Below the pieces are notes generated by a model, which ran no database searches, had not been told where the DNA came from, and saw nothing but the letters and a program-made list of their open reading frames with translations. A program made the position numbers and the translations under genes. A stretch of 64,000 nucleotides of DNA from a virus: positions 3,334 through 67,333 of IMG/VR virus record IMGVR_UViG_3300007735_000779; one strand, given 5' to 3'. This document shows positions 38,534 through 47,831 of this stretch, piece by piece. Each line of letters begins with the position of its first letter. Within the stretch, counting starts at the first letter, position 1.

Positions 38534-40120
38534 ATGAGCATAGAATTATTTGGATTTGAAATTGGCAAAAAGCGCTCGTCGGATGCACCAGAGTATTCTA
38601 ATGATATTCTGAAAGGCCCGAAGCGTCTCCTTGCACAAGAGGATTTTGATGGAACCGTAGCTGTAGAAGCCGGTGGTGTATTCGGTACATACATCGATTA
38701 TTCCACAAGTTTCAAAGACGAAAATGCAAACATCATTCAATACAGAAACATGTCCCTCTACCCAGAGGTTGACGCTGCGATTGATGAGATCGTAAACGCT
38801 TCTATTGTTTGGGGAACCGATAGAAAGCCAGTTAAGATTGACTTGACCGAAGTTCCTCTTTCCGACCAAGTAAAAAGAAAAGTACACCTTTCATACGACA
38901 GAATTCTTCGTATGATCGATTTCAACTCAAAGGCATATGAGATATATCGCCGTTGGTACGTTGATAGTAAGCTTTTCTTTTACATCGCTATTGACGAAAA
39001 GAATCCAAGAGATGGCATCAAGGAACTGATTCCTCTTGATCCGCTTAAGACCAAAAAGATAAAGCACATCGAGAAGCAGGCTGCAAATATGGAATCCGGT
39101 ATGATTAGTTTGATTAAGAACATTGAAGAGTTCTATATGTATTCAAACACTGACAAAGAATCATACCTTACCACAGCATCTCAAGGCATTCGAATTTCAA
39201 AGGACGCAATTGCGTATGTTCACTCTGGCATCGTAGATTTAAACACCAAGAGAGTAATTGGTTATCTGCATAAGGCAATTCGTCCAGTAAACATGTTGCG
39301 GCAACTTGAAGATGCGCTCATGGTGTATCGCGTTGCCCGTGCCCCCGAAAGAAGAGCATTTTACGTTGACGTTGGTCAGTTGCCCAAACAAAAAGCCGAA
39401 CAGTATCTAAGAGACATGATGTCTCGTTTCAGAAACAAAATTGTATATAACCAAGGAACAGGCGAAATTAAAGATGATAAAAATCATTTATCGATTCTTG
39501 AAGATTATTGGATTCCCCGTAGAGAAGGTGGCAAAGGAACAGAAATTTCAGTGCTGCCGGGGGGCCAAGCAATGTCCCAGATCGAAGACGTTGAGTACTT
39601 CAAAAAGAAGTTGTACACCGCACTGAATGTACCCTCAAGCCGATTGGATAGCAATAGCGGCTTCAACATGGGACGTGCATCTGATATTACTCGCGAAGAA
39701 TTAAAGTTTTATAAATTCATTGAACGTCTTCGTCACCAGTTTAGCCAAGTCTTTATGAATCTTCTTAAAGTAGAGTTGCTATTGACTGGAACTTTGACAG
39801 AGGAAGACTGGAATTCAATAAAGTATTACATTAATTTCAAGTTCAACACGGACAACTACTTCTGGGATCTCAAGGAAGGCGAAATCCTTACAGAGCGCCT
39901 AAAGATGGTATCAAATGCAGAAAGCTTTGTTGGAAAGTATTTCTCTCAGAAATATATCCAAAGAAATATCATGCGCTTTACCGACGAAGAATTGAAGACG
40001 ATGGAGAGCGAGATGCAGGAAGATGCAATGAAACTTCAAGCCCAACAGGCAGCACAAGCTGCGCAACAACAGCAAGCAGGGGCAGGACAGCAGCCAGAAG
40101 AAGAGGCACAGCAGCAATGA
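38534..40120 (+). CDS. 20: Portal vertex protein gp20
   Basis: PEVDAAIDEIVN, LHKAI, YRVARAPERR.FYVDVG, EDYW.PRREGGKGTEI..LPGG. Confidence 0.97.
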   Translation: MSIELFGFEIGKKRSSDAPEYSNDILKGPKRLLAQEDFDGTVAVEAGGVFGTYIDYSTSFKDENANIIQYRNMSLYPEVDAAIDEIVNASIVWGTDRKPVKIDLTEVPLSDQVKRKVHLSYDRILRMIDFNSKAYEIYRRWYVDSKLFFYIAIDEKNPRDGIKELIPLDPLKTKKIKHIEKQAANMESGMISLIKNIEEFYMYSNTDKESYLTTASQGIRISKDAIAYVHSGIVDLNTKRVIGYLHKAIRPVNMLRQLEDALMVYRVARAPERRAFYVDVGQLPKQKAEQYLRDMMSRFRNKIVYNQGTGEIKDDKNHLSILEDYWIPRREGGKGTEISVLPGGQAMSQIEDVEYFKKKLYTALNVPSSRLDSNSGFNMGRASDITREELKFYKFIERLRHQFSQVFMNLLKVELLLTGTLTEEDWNSIKYYINFKFNTDNYFWDLKEGEILTERLKMVSNAESFVGKYFSQKYIQRNIMRFTDEELKTMESEMQEDAMKLQAQQAAQAAQQQQAGAGQQPEEEAQQQ

Positions 40121-40542
40121 TGAGTTCTCTGCGAGTTCACAGACTAGTAGAAAACCTCTTTGAAGGCTATGAAGATCTATTCACTGAAGGTCTACTCCAA
40201 GAGCTGGATCTAAGAAAACAGGAACTTTGCAAAAATTTATCTGTTAAAATTTTTGAAAATATGGGCACCCCAGAAACCCACCAAAAAATTGATGTAAACG
40301 AAGACATTAAAAAGCTGTTAGTTACTTTGAATGAAATTGATGCAAAAAAGAACGCAAAAATTGAATTTAAAAATGCATCAATTATAAATATTTCAGAACA
40401 AGAGATTAAGCCCCTAAAGCTTCTTTTTGATCAGTTGAACGAAAGCAATCAAAAGCTTTTGGCTAAGAACATGTTTGAGTCACCGAAATACTTTAAGCAA
40501 ACATTAGAATTTGCAAAAAAACTACAAGGATTAATTAAATGA
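40117..40542 (+). CDS. Hypothetical prohead core-region protein
   Basis: Between gp20 and gp21. Confidence 0.55.
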   Translation: MMSSLRVHRLVENLFEGYEDLFTEGLLQELDLRKQELCKNLSVKIFENMGTPETHQKIDVNEDIKKLLVTLNEIDAKKNAKIEFKNASIINISEQEIKPLKLLFDQLNESNQKLLAKNMFESPKYFKQTLEFAKKLQGLIK

Positions 40543-40820
40543 GCGACAAATTCACCCTAATCGAATCAATCGTCAACGAGAACGCAGTTGACTTCCGCCA
40601 GATCGTAAACAAGGTCTTGCTTGAAAAGCTCGCAGTCCGTCTGGATGGCGAGTATAAGAACGTTGCCAAGGACATGTTCACCATCTCTGAAGCCGAAGAG
40701 AACGAAGAAGAGTTGGAAGGCGAAGAGGAAGAGACCGAGGAAACCGAAGAAGGCGAAGAGATTCCACAACAACAAATTGGCGGACAAGATCGCATTCGCC
40801 ATAGCTACGGAGCATACTAA
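40539..40820 (+). CDS. Prohead core protein gp67-like
   Basis: Small, Glu-rich C-terminus; directly upstream of gp21. Confidence 0.55.
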   Translation: MSDKFTLIESIVNENAVDFRQIVNKVLLEKLAVRLDGEYKNVAKDMFTISEAEENEEELEGEEEETEETEEGEEIPQQQIGGQDRIRHSYGAY

Positions 40821-40823
40821 TCC

Positions 40824-41468
40824 ATGAAACTTATCACCGAACTAGTCGAAGACGTAAAATACATCCAAGAAGACGCTGCTAACGGTGGTAAGGATTATTA
40901 CATCGAAGGCGTATTCCTGCAAAGCGGCGTAAAGAACAGAAACGGACGCGTATACCCCGCTCCTACTCTGGTCAATGAGTGCCGCAGATACATTCGTGAA
41001 TACGTTGACAAGGGCCGCGCTCTTGGCGAACTCAACCACCCAACTGGTCCAACAGTAAATCTTGACCGTGTATCACACATGGTCAAGACCCTCAAGGAGT
41101 CCAACAACGATGTTGTTGGTCGTGCAAAAGTTCTTAGCACTCCAATGGGAAACATTGTCAAGAACCTCATTAACGAGGGAGCAAAGCTTGGAGTTTCTAG
41201 CCGTGGTATGGGTTCTCTGAAGCCCAGAAATGGATATCAAGAAGTCCAAGAAGATTTCATGCTTGCAGCAATTGACATCGTTGCTGACCCATCTGCCCCA
41301 AATGCTTTCGTAAACGGAATCATGGAAGGAAAAGAATGGGTATGGGACAATGGTTTGCTACGCGCTGAAGTCATTGAAAATTATCAAAATACCATTAAAA
41401 AGAGCTCAAGCAGAAATCTTGAAAGAAACATGATTACTGTCTTTAAGCACTTCCTAAAGAGCATATGA
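40824..41468 (+). CDS. 21: Prohead protease gp21
   Basis: MKLITE, NRNGRVYP, ALGELNHP, GVSSRGMGSL, DIVADPSAP. Confidence 0.97.
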   Translation: MKLITELVEDVKYIQEDAANGGKDYYIEGVFLQSGVKNRNGRVYPAPTLVNECRRYIREYVDKGRALGELNHPTGPTVNLDRVSHMVKTLKESNNDVVGRAKVLSTPMGNIVKNLINEGAKLGVSSRGMGSLKPRNGYQEVQEDFMLAAIDIVADPSAPNAFVNGIMEGKEWVWDNGLLRAEVIENYQNTIKKSSSRNLERNMITVFKHFLKSI

Positions 41469-42013
41469 GATATTCTGCATTAAAGCTTCTATACTACATT
41501 AACGAAGCTACCGAAGCCAAGAAGGAAGAGAGAGATCCAAAAGATTTTGATAAATCACTTCCTACCGGAGTAAAAGACGCTGTAGACAAAGATGCAGCAA
41601 ATTCTCCTTTCCCGACTCCAAAACCTCAAACTGGAGAGAAAAAGGAAAAACCCCTTGTCGATCCAGCTGTTCTCGGAGACATCCCAGAAGATGAAAAGTT
41701 AGCCGCAGAAACTGGAGGACAGCTGGCCAGCGGTCTTTATGGTGCTGCCAAATATGCTCCCGGTAAAGCAAAGGCTTTAATTGGAAAAGGCGTATTGGAT
41801 GTAGGACTTGATCTTGGGATGAATGCCTATTCTCGTTTAGACCAAGAAATGAAGGCACACCAAGAGGCAGTTCGTGGCATGTCAAATGTCAGCAATTTTT
41901 ACAAAAATCTAGGAACTGATACAATTCCTCTCCGTAAAAAGGATGATAAGGGAGTTCTTGGATTCCTTGGTTCTCTGGCACAAAAATTGGATTTATTGCC
42001 CGGAAAAAAATAA
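41465..42013 (+). CDS. Hypothetical protein between gp21 and gp22 (possible internal head protein)
   Basis: N-terminal MRYSALKLLYYINE with an I-x-E motif. Confidence 0.55.
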   Translation: MRYSALKLLYYINEATEAKKEERDPKDFDKSLPTGVKDAVDKDAANSPFPTPKPQTGEKKEKPLVDPAVLGDIPEDEKLAAETGGQLASGLYGAAKYAPGKAKALIGKGVLDVGLDLGMNAYSRLDQEMKAHQEAVRGMSNVSNFYKNLGTDTIPLRKKDDKGVLGFLGSLAQKLDLLPGKK

Positions 42014-42095
42014 AAGATATGATGTGGGTAATATAAAATTTTAACAAAATATTAAGATATAAATTAACTAAATACTAAAGCATAAAGGATCTCTA

Positions 42096-43073
42096 ATGAG
42101 CAACAACCTCACAAACGACTATTTAATGAACATTATTAAGGAAAACATCGAGCCATACAATCAAGATGGACTCGGAAAGACTTCCCATTCCAGCAATGGC
42201 AAGCTGTCCAGCATTCCCCAGCCAACTGCTGCTCCTAATGCTGCTGCTATGAATCAAGCCAGCCTCCGTCCAGGTGGCGCTGCTGCCGCTGCTCCAGTAG
42301 CAGGCGGGTATGACCAAGGAGAAGAAGAGGAAGAGGAGATGCAAGAGGCAGTAGAGTTCGAAGACAGCCTTCGTTCTCTCCTTGCTGACGTAAACCTCTC
42401 CGAAGAGTTCTTTGTACAAGTAAGAACCCTCTTTGAGGCAGCTGTTGATCAAAAGCTCAAGGCAATCGCAGACGAGATCGCCCCAGCCCTTCAGGAACAA
42501 TTTGAAGGTAAGCTTGGTCAGATCACCGTTAACCTAACCGAGAAGATTGACGATTACCTTGACTACGTTGTTGAGGAGTGGATGCAAGACAACAAACTCG
42601 CTGTTGAGACTGGCATCAAGTCCACTCTCTCCGAGAACTTCATCGTTGGCCTCAAGAAACTCTTTGAGATGCACTATGTTGACGTTCCTGCCGAGAAGTA
42701 CAACGTCCTTGACGGCCTGTACGAGCAGACCTCAAATCTTCAAACCGACCTAAATTCCGTCATCCGTGAAAACATGGATCTCAAGAAGCAAGTCCTCATC
42801 GCTGAGTGCGCTGGAATCTTTATCAACGAGACTAAAGATCTTGCCGACACCCAAGTTGAGAAACTCGCTTCCTTGATCGAAAACATTGATTTCAACTCAA
42901 TTGACGAGTACAAGACTAAACTCTCGACACTCAAGGAACACTACCTTGGTTCAAGAGTCGCAATTCCGGAGATGCCAGCTCCAGAAATGACCTTTAGCAA
43001 GGCCCCAAGCGTACCAACAACTTTGGTTGAGAATTACGCCATGACCTTGAATAGACTGGCCAAGAAAATTTAA
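42096..43073 (+). CDS. 22: Prohead core scaffold gp22
   Basis: LSEEF...TLFEAAV, DDYLDYVVEEWM..N, FI.GLK.LF..HYVDVP.EK. Confidence 0.93.
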   Translation: MSNNLTNDYLMNIIKENIEPYNQDGLGKTSHSSNGKLSSIPQPTAAPNAAAMNQASLRPGGAAAAAPVAGGYDQGEEEEEEMQEAVEFEDSLRSLLADVNLSEEFFVQVRTLFEAAVDQKLKAIADEIAPALQEQFEGKLGQITVNLTEKIDDYLDYVVEEWMQDNKLAVETGIKSTLSENFIVGLKKLFEMHYVDVPAEKYNVLDGLYEQTSNLQTDLNSVIRENMDLKKQVLIAECAGIFINETKDLADTQVEKLASLIENIDFNSIDEYKTKLSTLKEHYLGSRVAIPEMPAPEMTFSKAPSVPTTLVENYAMTLNRLAKKI

Positions 43074-43113
43074 CTTTACTAAATAATTTTAATCCACAGG
43101 AGATATTACTAAA

Positions 43114-44571
43114 ATGAGCTTTAGAGACGAAACCCCATACGACATTCTCACAGAAAAGTGGGACCCTGTCCTCAGACACGATTCACTCCCCGCCATTGGC
43201 GACGAGTGGAAATCAAAATGCACCGCTGTTCTTCTTGAGAACCAAGAACAAGCACAGCGCGATCAGTACCTCGCAGAAAACATGGGTGTCGGAAACGACA
43301 TCGGTGGCGTTGTTGCTTCAACCGCACAAGGTGGCATCCGCGGATACGACCCAATCCTCATCAGCTTGGTTCGTCGCGCTATGCCCAACCTAATGGCATA
43401 CGACATTTGCGGCGTTCAGCCAATGACCGCCCCAACTGGTCTTATCTTCGCCATGCGCGCTAAGTACGGCGACGGTTCACCAACTGGCGTCAGCAACGAA
43501 GCCATGTTCCAAGAGCCAGATCCTCGCTTCTCTGGTCTAAGCGGCGCTTCCTTCGGCTTCACCGCTGCAGGTGGTACTTCACCCAGCCAGATCGGCGTAA
43601 ACCCATCATCTTCTTTGTCTACCCCCGCTTATCCAAGCGCAGGAAACTTCGGTCCTGCTAAGCGTCAGGGTAACTTCGACAGCATGAGAGCTCAATTGAC
43701 CTCATCTGGTGAAGCTTTGGGCTTTGATAACAGCGCTACTAGCAACGCAAACTCTATCCTCAACAAGATGTCGTTCACAATCGACCGCGTCTCTGTTGCT
43801 GCAGGTACCCGTGCTCTGTCAGCCGGTTACACCGTCGAATTGGCACAAGACCTCAAGGCTGTTCACGGTCTTGACGCTGAAGCCGAACTCGCTAATCTTC
43901 TCAGCACCGAAATTCTTGCTGAAATCAACCGCGAGATCGTCCGCAGCATCTACTGGGTTGCCCGTGCAGGAACTCAGCAAAGCGACGTTACTGCCGCAGG
44001 AACCTACAACCTCGACCTCGACTCCGATGGCCGTTGGTCTGCAGAACGTTTCCGTGGTCTGGTCTTCCAGATTGAGCGCGAGTGCAATGCAATCGCTAAG
44101 GAAACCCGCCGTGGTAAGGGCAACTTCGTCATCGTCTCAAGCGATGTCGCCAGCGCCCTCGCTATGTCCGGCTTCTTGAACCTCTCTCCCGCCATCAATA
44201 CCCAACTCGCAGTTGACGATACAGGCAGCACCTTCGCTGGTCTCCTGAACGGCAAACTGAAGGTCTACATCGATCCATATTCACAACTCGGTGTAAACTT
44301 CTTCTGCGCTGGTTATAAGGGCGAGTCTCCGTATGATGCAGGCGTATTCTACTGCCCATACGTTCCTCTCCAGATGATGAGAGCTATTGACCCCAACACC
44401 TTCCAGCCCCGTATCGCGTTCAAGACCCGTTACGGCATGGTTGCCAACCCCTACGTTCTGAAGTCAGACGGCACCCCCTACGGTTCCGACTTCACCAATC
44501 AGAGCGGCGCTAACCAGTACTACCGCCTAACCAGCGTCACTGGTCTGCACGGCAACACCTACGGATCCTAA
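43114..44571 (+). CDS. 23: Major capsid protein gp23
   Basis: LLENQE, DPILISLVRRAMPNL, GVQPM..PTGLIFAMR, ELAQDLKAVHGLDAEAEL, FKTRYG. Confidence 0.98.
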   Translation: MSFRDETPYDILTEKWDPVLRHDSLPAIGDEWKSKCTAVLLENQEQAQRDQYLAENMGVGNDIGGVVASTAQGGIRGYDPILISLVRRAMPNLMAYDICGVQPMTAPTGLIFAMRAKYGDGSPTGVSNEAMFQEPDPRFSGLSGASFGFTAAGGTSPSQIGVNPSSSLSTPAYPSAGNFGPAKRQGNFDSMRAQLTSSGEALGFDNSATSNANSILNKMSFTIDRVSVAAGTRALSAGYTVELAQDLKAVHGLDAEAELANLLSTEILAEINREIVRSIYWVARAGTQQSDVTAAGTYNLDLDSDGRWSAERFRGLVFQIERECNAIAKETRRGKGNFVIVSSDVASALAMSGFLNLSPAINTQLAVDDTGSTFAGLLNGKLKVYIDPYSQLGVNFFCAGYKGESPYDAGVFYCPYVPLQMMRAIDPNTFQPRIAFKTRYGMVANPYVLKSDGTPYGSDFTNQSGANQYYRLTSVTGLHGNTYGS

Positions 44572-44594
44572 TCCGTAGTCTAGCTGCGTAAAAC

Positions 44595-44629
44595 AAAAAA
44601 CCTCGGGCCTAAAAGCCCGAGGTTTTTTT
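44595..44629. terminator. Bidirectional rho-independent terminator after gp23
   Basis: AAAAAACCTCGGGC-CTAAAA-GCCCGAGGTTTTTTT between convergent genes. Confidence 0.9.
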
Positions 44630-44652
44630 ATTTCTTTATGTTTTTTTAAAAA

Positions 44653-45135
44653 TTAAACAAATTCGTAATAAGAATATTCAAAAGATACGCGTGCCTTAAT
44701 TGGTGCGCTATCACTTGCATCTGATTTAAAGTTTATTCCAGAAAGAGTAACAGGTATTGCATAATAAAATCTAATTGTTTTTCCATTTAATGGAAGATAA
44801 TTTGATCCAAGAATATCTAAATCTGCCGAAGTATCCCATGTATGATATCTTGTGTTATCTACATCATTTGATATATTGCCAATACTCTTCATCCAATCAT
44901 AGATGCTTTTCCAGTTTTCCAAGTTTTCGTCTACTATGAATTCCAAATTAAGTGGATCAAAATTAAATGTATTTACAGCAACAGGAATCTGAATACCTAA
45001 AGTTGTTGGTTGTGGTTGTGCGTTTAATTTGAGTCCTGGTATTCCTACGCCCTGACCAAATAAGGTTAGTTTATCATCTCCTCTACCAATGGAGAATCGA
45101 TATGTATTTGTTAATAAAGGATTGATGTTTGTCAT
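44653..45135 (-). CDS. 3: Tail completion/tube terminator gp3
   Basis: IPG...PT..., FDPLNLEFIVDENLENWKSIYDWM; start at MTNINP. Confidence 0.85.
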   Translation of the reverse strand: MTNINPLLTNTYRFSIGRGDDKLTLFGQGVGIPGLKLNAQPQPTTLGIQIPVAVNTFNFDPLNLEFIVDENLENWKSIYDWMKSIGNISNDVDNTRYHTWDTSADLDILGSNYLPLNGKTIRFYYAIPVTLSGINFKSDASDSAPIKARVSFEYSYYEFV

Positions 45136-45743
45136 TTCAAGTAATCTTCTGGATTGTCCGACCAACTTTCAGGATCTGAAATCTTGGCATCTGGATTGTA
45201 TGGTAATTTAAATTCTTCTTTTTTGTGCTTGTTCTTGTTTACTGTCTTTTCCCACTCTTTATCTAACTCATCAAAATCTTCTTCTATCTCTTCATCTATG
45301 CTTTCAATTTCTTGCAAATGTTCTTCGTATATGTCCTGCATGAAATCCACGAACTGAGGATCGGAAAACAGATTCCACATTGATTCCATGGGATCTGTGT
45401 TTGGTCCTACTGCAGCAGCAAGTGTTTCATCTGTTGCACCGGACATGAAGGAAACATACGCCTCATACATTTTTAATATGTCTTCGGAAGGAATGGAAGT
45501 ATAAATTATGTGTTTGTTTGCTATTTCGATTGATTCCAGATTTGTGTTAGCCAAATATGAAACAAGACGAATGCATTCTATGACATGTCCTTCGGGAGTT
45601 GAAGATGAATATGTAATAATTTTTGCCGGGTTCAACAAAGTTATTTCATTTTCGCCTTCAACAACATTAGCGACAACTTCTTCACCTGATGTAAATTTAA
45701 CAACTTTTACCGACGACGAAGCTTGGGTATCGATTTCTGCCAT
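45132..45743 (-). CDS. Sm-like fold protein with an acidic tail (paralogue 3)
   Basis: VVKFTSGEEVVA...LLNPAKI; downstream of uvsW. Confidence 0.6.
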   Translation of the reverse strand: MAEIDTQASSSVKVVKFTSGEEVVANVVEGENEITLLNPAKIITYSSSTPEGHVIECIRLVSYLANTNLESIEIANKHIIYTSIPSEDILKMYEAYVSFMSGATDETLAAAVGPNTDPMESMWNLFSDPQFVDFMQDIYEEHLQEIESIDEEIEEDFDELDKEWEKTVNKNKHKKEEFKLPYNPDAKISDPESWSDNPEDYLK

Positions 45744-45778
45744 GCTTCCTCCTCAGTAATATTTATCCCCCAGCGTTT

Positions 45779-47275
45779 TTATAATTTGATCTTGAACGCT
45801 TTGTAGTCAAACTTTTCTTTTTGATATATCTTCACTCTTTGTTCAAAGTGTTTTAGTACATGGTTTTTGTGGCTCTTCCAAGAAAGATCATCAACAATGT
45901 CAAATACTTTCAATGTTGTTTTCTTCGTTGAAGTTCGGAGTCCTCTTCCAATGCTCTGTAGAAGTCGTATAACAGACTTTGTAGGGGAAGCAAAGATGAT
46001 GTTGTCCAGATGGACGATGTTGATTCCTGTACTTGTAGTACCGAAGGAAGCGACAAGGATAGCGTTTGTCTCTTTGTCGATGATTCTTCTGATTGCTTCG
46101 CGATTTTCTGCGTCAGTTTTCCCCGAAATGAAATAAACTTTCTTATTTGGGTATTTGGATTTGATTGCTTCATATAAAGGCTTTCCGTGCTTATCCACAT
46201 AATTGAACAGGACCAAGGTATTTCCCTCGGTTTCTCCACAAAGTTTGACAATAAAATCGTTTCTTGGCAAATTTTCTACTAAGTACCCCATCTCCTCGGA
46301 ATACTTCAATTTTTTGACCCGGTTCCTAGATTCATCGTCATAATCCAGAACAATACAGTCTATGGCAAGTTTGGCCAGAACTCCTTTGCCTATCAGCCCC
46401 TTCGTTGTTATAAACTGTATAGAGGGCCCTAGCGTGCCCTCTATTGAGAGTTTATGGGCCAAGGTATGGTCAAGCGTCCCCGTAGTTCCGACGCGTATAA
46501 AGGCATTCTCCAGCTTTTTGCCAATGTTTACCAATGAGTCCGCCTTTACCAGATGGCACTCGTCAAAAATTACAGCATCGAACTGTTGGAACCAATCTTT
46601 TGGTAATTTATAGACGGATTGCCATGTTGATATGACTATTGGCTTATTTGTTAATTTTTCCTTGCCAGCCGTAATTTTATGTACAAATTTTGTAGTAGAC
46701 CAGGATTTGTCATTCTTGGAATAGTCAAAGAAGTCAGATTCCATCTGCTGAACCAGACCAACGGTGGGAACCAAAAGAAGGATTTTCTTGGGTGACTGTA
46801 AAAGGTACTTCAAAATGTACCGAATAATGACATAAATTATTAATGATTTACCGCTGCCCGTGGGAGACACAATAACAGACCTACAGTTTTTGAGTGCGTG
46901 TATCACTGCTTTTTTCTGGTGGTCGTGTGCTTGTGCTGGCTTTCCCTTTACGGTCACGTTTAGCGTTTTAAAAAATTGGTCAAAGATACCATCATCCATG
47001 TCAATGTGTTTAACATCTTTTTCGTCAAATACAATGTAGTACCCTCTTTCTTCGCAAAATTTTTGAAGATATGATTTCAATCCCCTAGGGAGTGTAGAAC
47101 TGTTTATTTCGTACAGTTTTATTTTGCCATCCCATATCCTGGATTTGTACAATGGCATATATTCAGCTCCGGGAACTTTAAATGAAAAGTAAGACCGAAG
47201 TTCTCTTTTTACAGATTCTTCACAATCAATTTTATATTTCGTTTGATCCTCTGCGGATGCTATAATTGTATACAC
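45779..47275 (-). CDS. uvsW: UvsW RNA-DNA/DNA helicase
   Basis: WDGKIKL, SPTGSGKS, STWQS, DECH, LQSIGRGLR; GTG start 6 nt after ATAAATA. Confidence 0.96.
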   Translation of the reverse strand: MYTIIASAEDQTKYKIDCEESVKRELRSYFSFKVPGAEYMPLYKSRIWDGKIKLYEINSSTLPRGLKSYLQKFCEERGYYIVFDEKDVKHIDMDDGIFDQFFKTLNVTVKGKPAQAHDHQKKAVIHALKNCRSVIVSPTGSGKSLIIYVIIRYILKYLLQSPKKILLLVPTVGLVQQMESDFFDYSKNDKSWSTTKFVHKITAGKEKLTNKPIVISTWQSVYKLPKDWFQQFDAVIFDECHLVKADSLVNIGKKLENAFIRVGTTGTLDHTLAHKLSIEGTLGPSIQFITTKGLIGKGVLAKLAIDCIVLDYDDESRNRVKKLKYSEEMGYLVENLPRNDFIVKLCGETEGNTLVLFNYVDKHGKPLYEAIKSKYPNKKVYFISGKTDAENREAIRRIIDKETNAILVASFGTTSTGINIVHLDNIIFASPTKSVIRLLQSIGRGLRTSTKKTTLKVFDIVDDLSWKSHKNHVLKHFEQRVKIYQKEKFDYKAFKIKL

Positions 47276-47294
47276 CAATAATATTTATGGTGCA

Positions 47295-47732
47295 TCAAGA
47301 AATGCCATTTACAAGTTTGTTCCAATCAATAGCAGACTTAATGGCAAAGTTTCTGTTTGAAAGAACTTTAAGAAAGTCCTCTACCATCTTTACCTTAGTC
47401 TCTGCTATGTTAAGATCCGTCTTGATCTTCAACAATGTTGGATCAGAATCAACAAACTTGTCAACCATGGTTTTCATGATGTTCAGTCCAAATGGTTCCT
47501 CTCCCCATTCGTCAAGTTCTTCTTTGCTGGCTTTACCTGTGTACAACTTCCACTTTCTCAACTCCATGATTGCCAATGCGTTTTTTAACTTTTGGAGTTC
47601 GATCTTAAGATCTGCATGTATTGAGAGATACTTACCATGTATTGAAGGAGTCCTTAAGGCTTCTTTAGCTAACTCTGTAGAGTCTATTAAGGAGTCTTTT
47701 TTAATTTCTTCTTTAAGGGTATCTAAAGTCAT
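47295..47732 (-). CDS. uvsY: Recombination mediator UvsY
   Basis: ID.TEL..E....P.IHGKYL, YTGKA, R.FAIKSAIDW.K..NG. Confidence 0.9.
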   Translation of the reverse strand: MTLDTLKEEIKKDSLIDSTELAKEALRTPSIHGKYLSIHADLKIELQKLKNALAIMELRKWKLYTGKASKEELDEWGEEPFGLNIMKTMVDKFVDSDPTLLKIKTDLNIAETKVKMVEDFLKVLSNRNFAIKSAIDWNKLVNGIS

Positions 47733-47741
47733 TATAAGTAT

Positions 47742-47805
47742 ACTATAGAGTATCTAAAGATGGTTGTCAAGAATTACTTGACAATTATTTTAAAATGTGT
47801 ACAAT
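47742..47805. promoter_or_regulatory. Back-to-back sigma70-type promoters (uvsY; glycan island)
   Basis: Minus strand TTGACA at 47770-47765 with TATAGT; plus strand TTGACA at 47778 with TACAAT at 47800. Confidence 0.7.
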
Positions 47806-47831
47806 ATAGCAAATCTACTTAAGAGTGAAAA

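Noticed and set aside
43709-44179. Ser/Thr-rich alternative-frame ORF within gp23
   Set aside because: Expected by-product of C-ending codon bias.
44559-44578. Small hairpin CTACGGAT/ATCCGTAG over the gp23 stop codon
   Set aside because: Short and next to a strong terminator; not enough to call a separate element.
47266-47748. 160-aa ORF antisense to uvsY
   Set aside because: Mirror frame of a conserved gene with no independent evidence.
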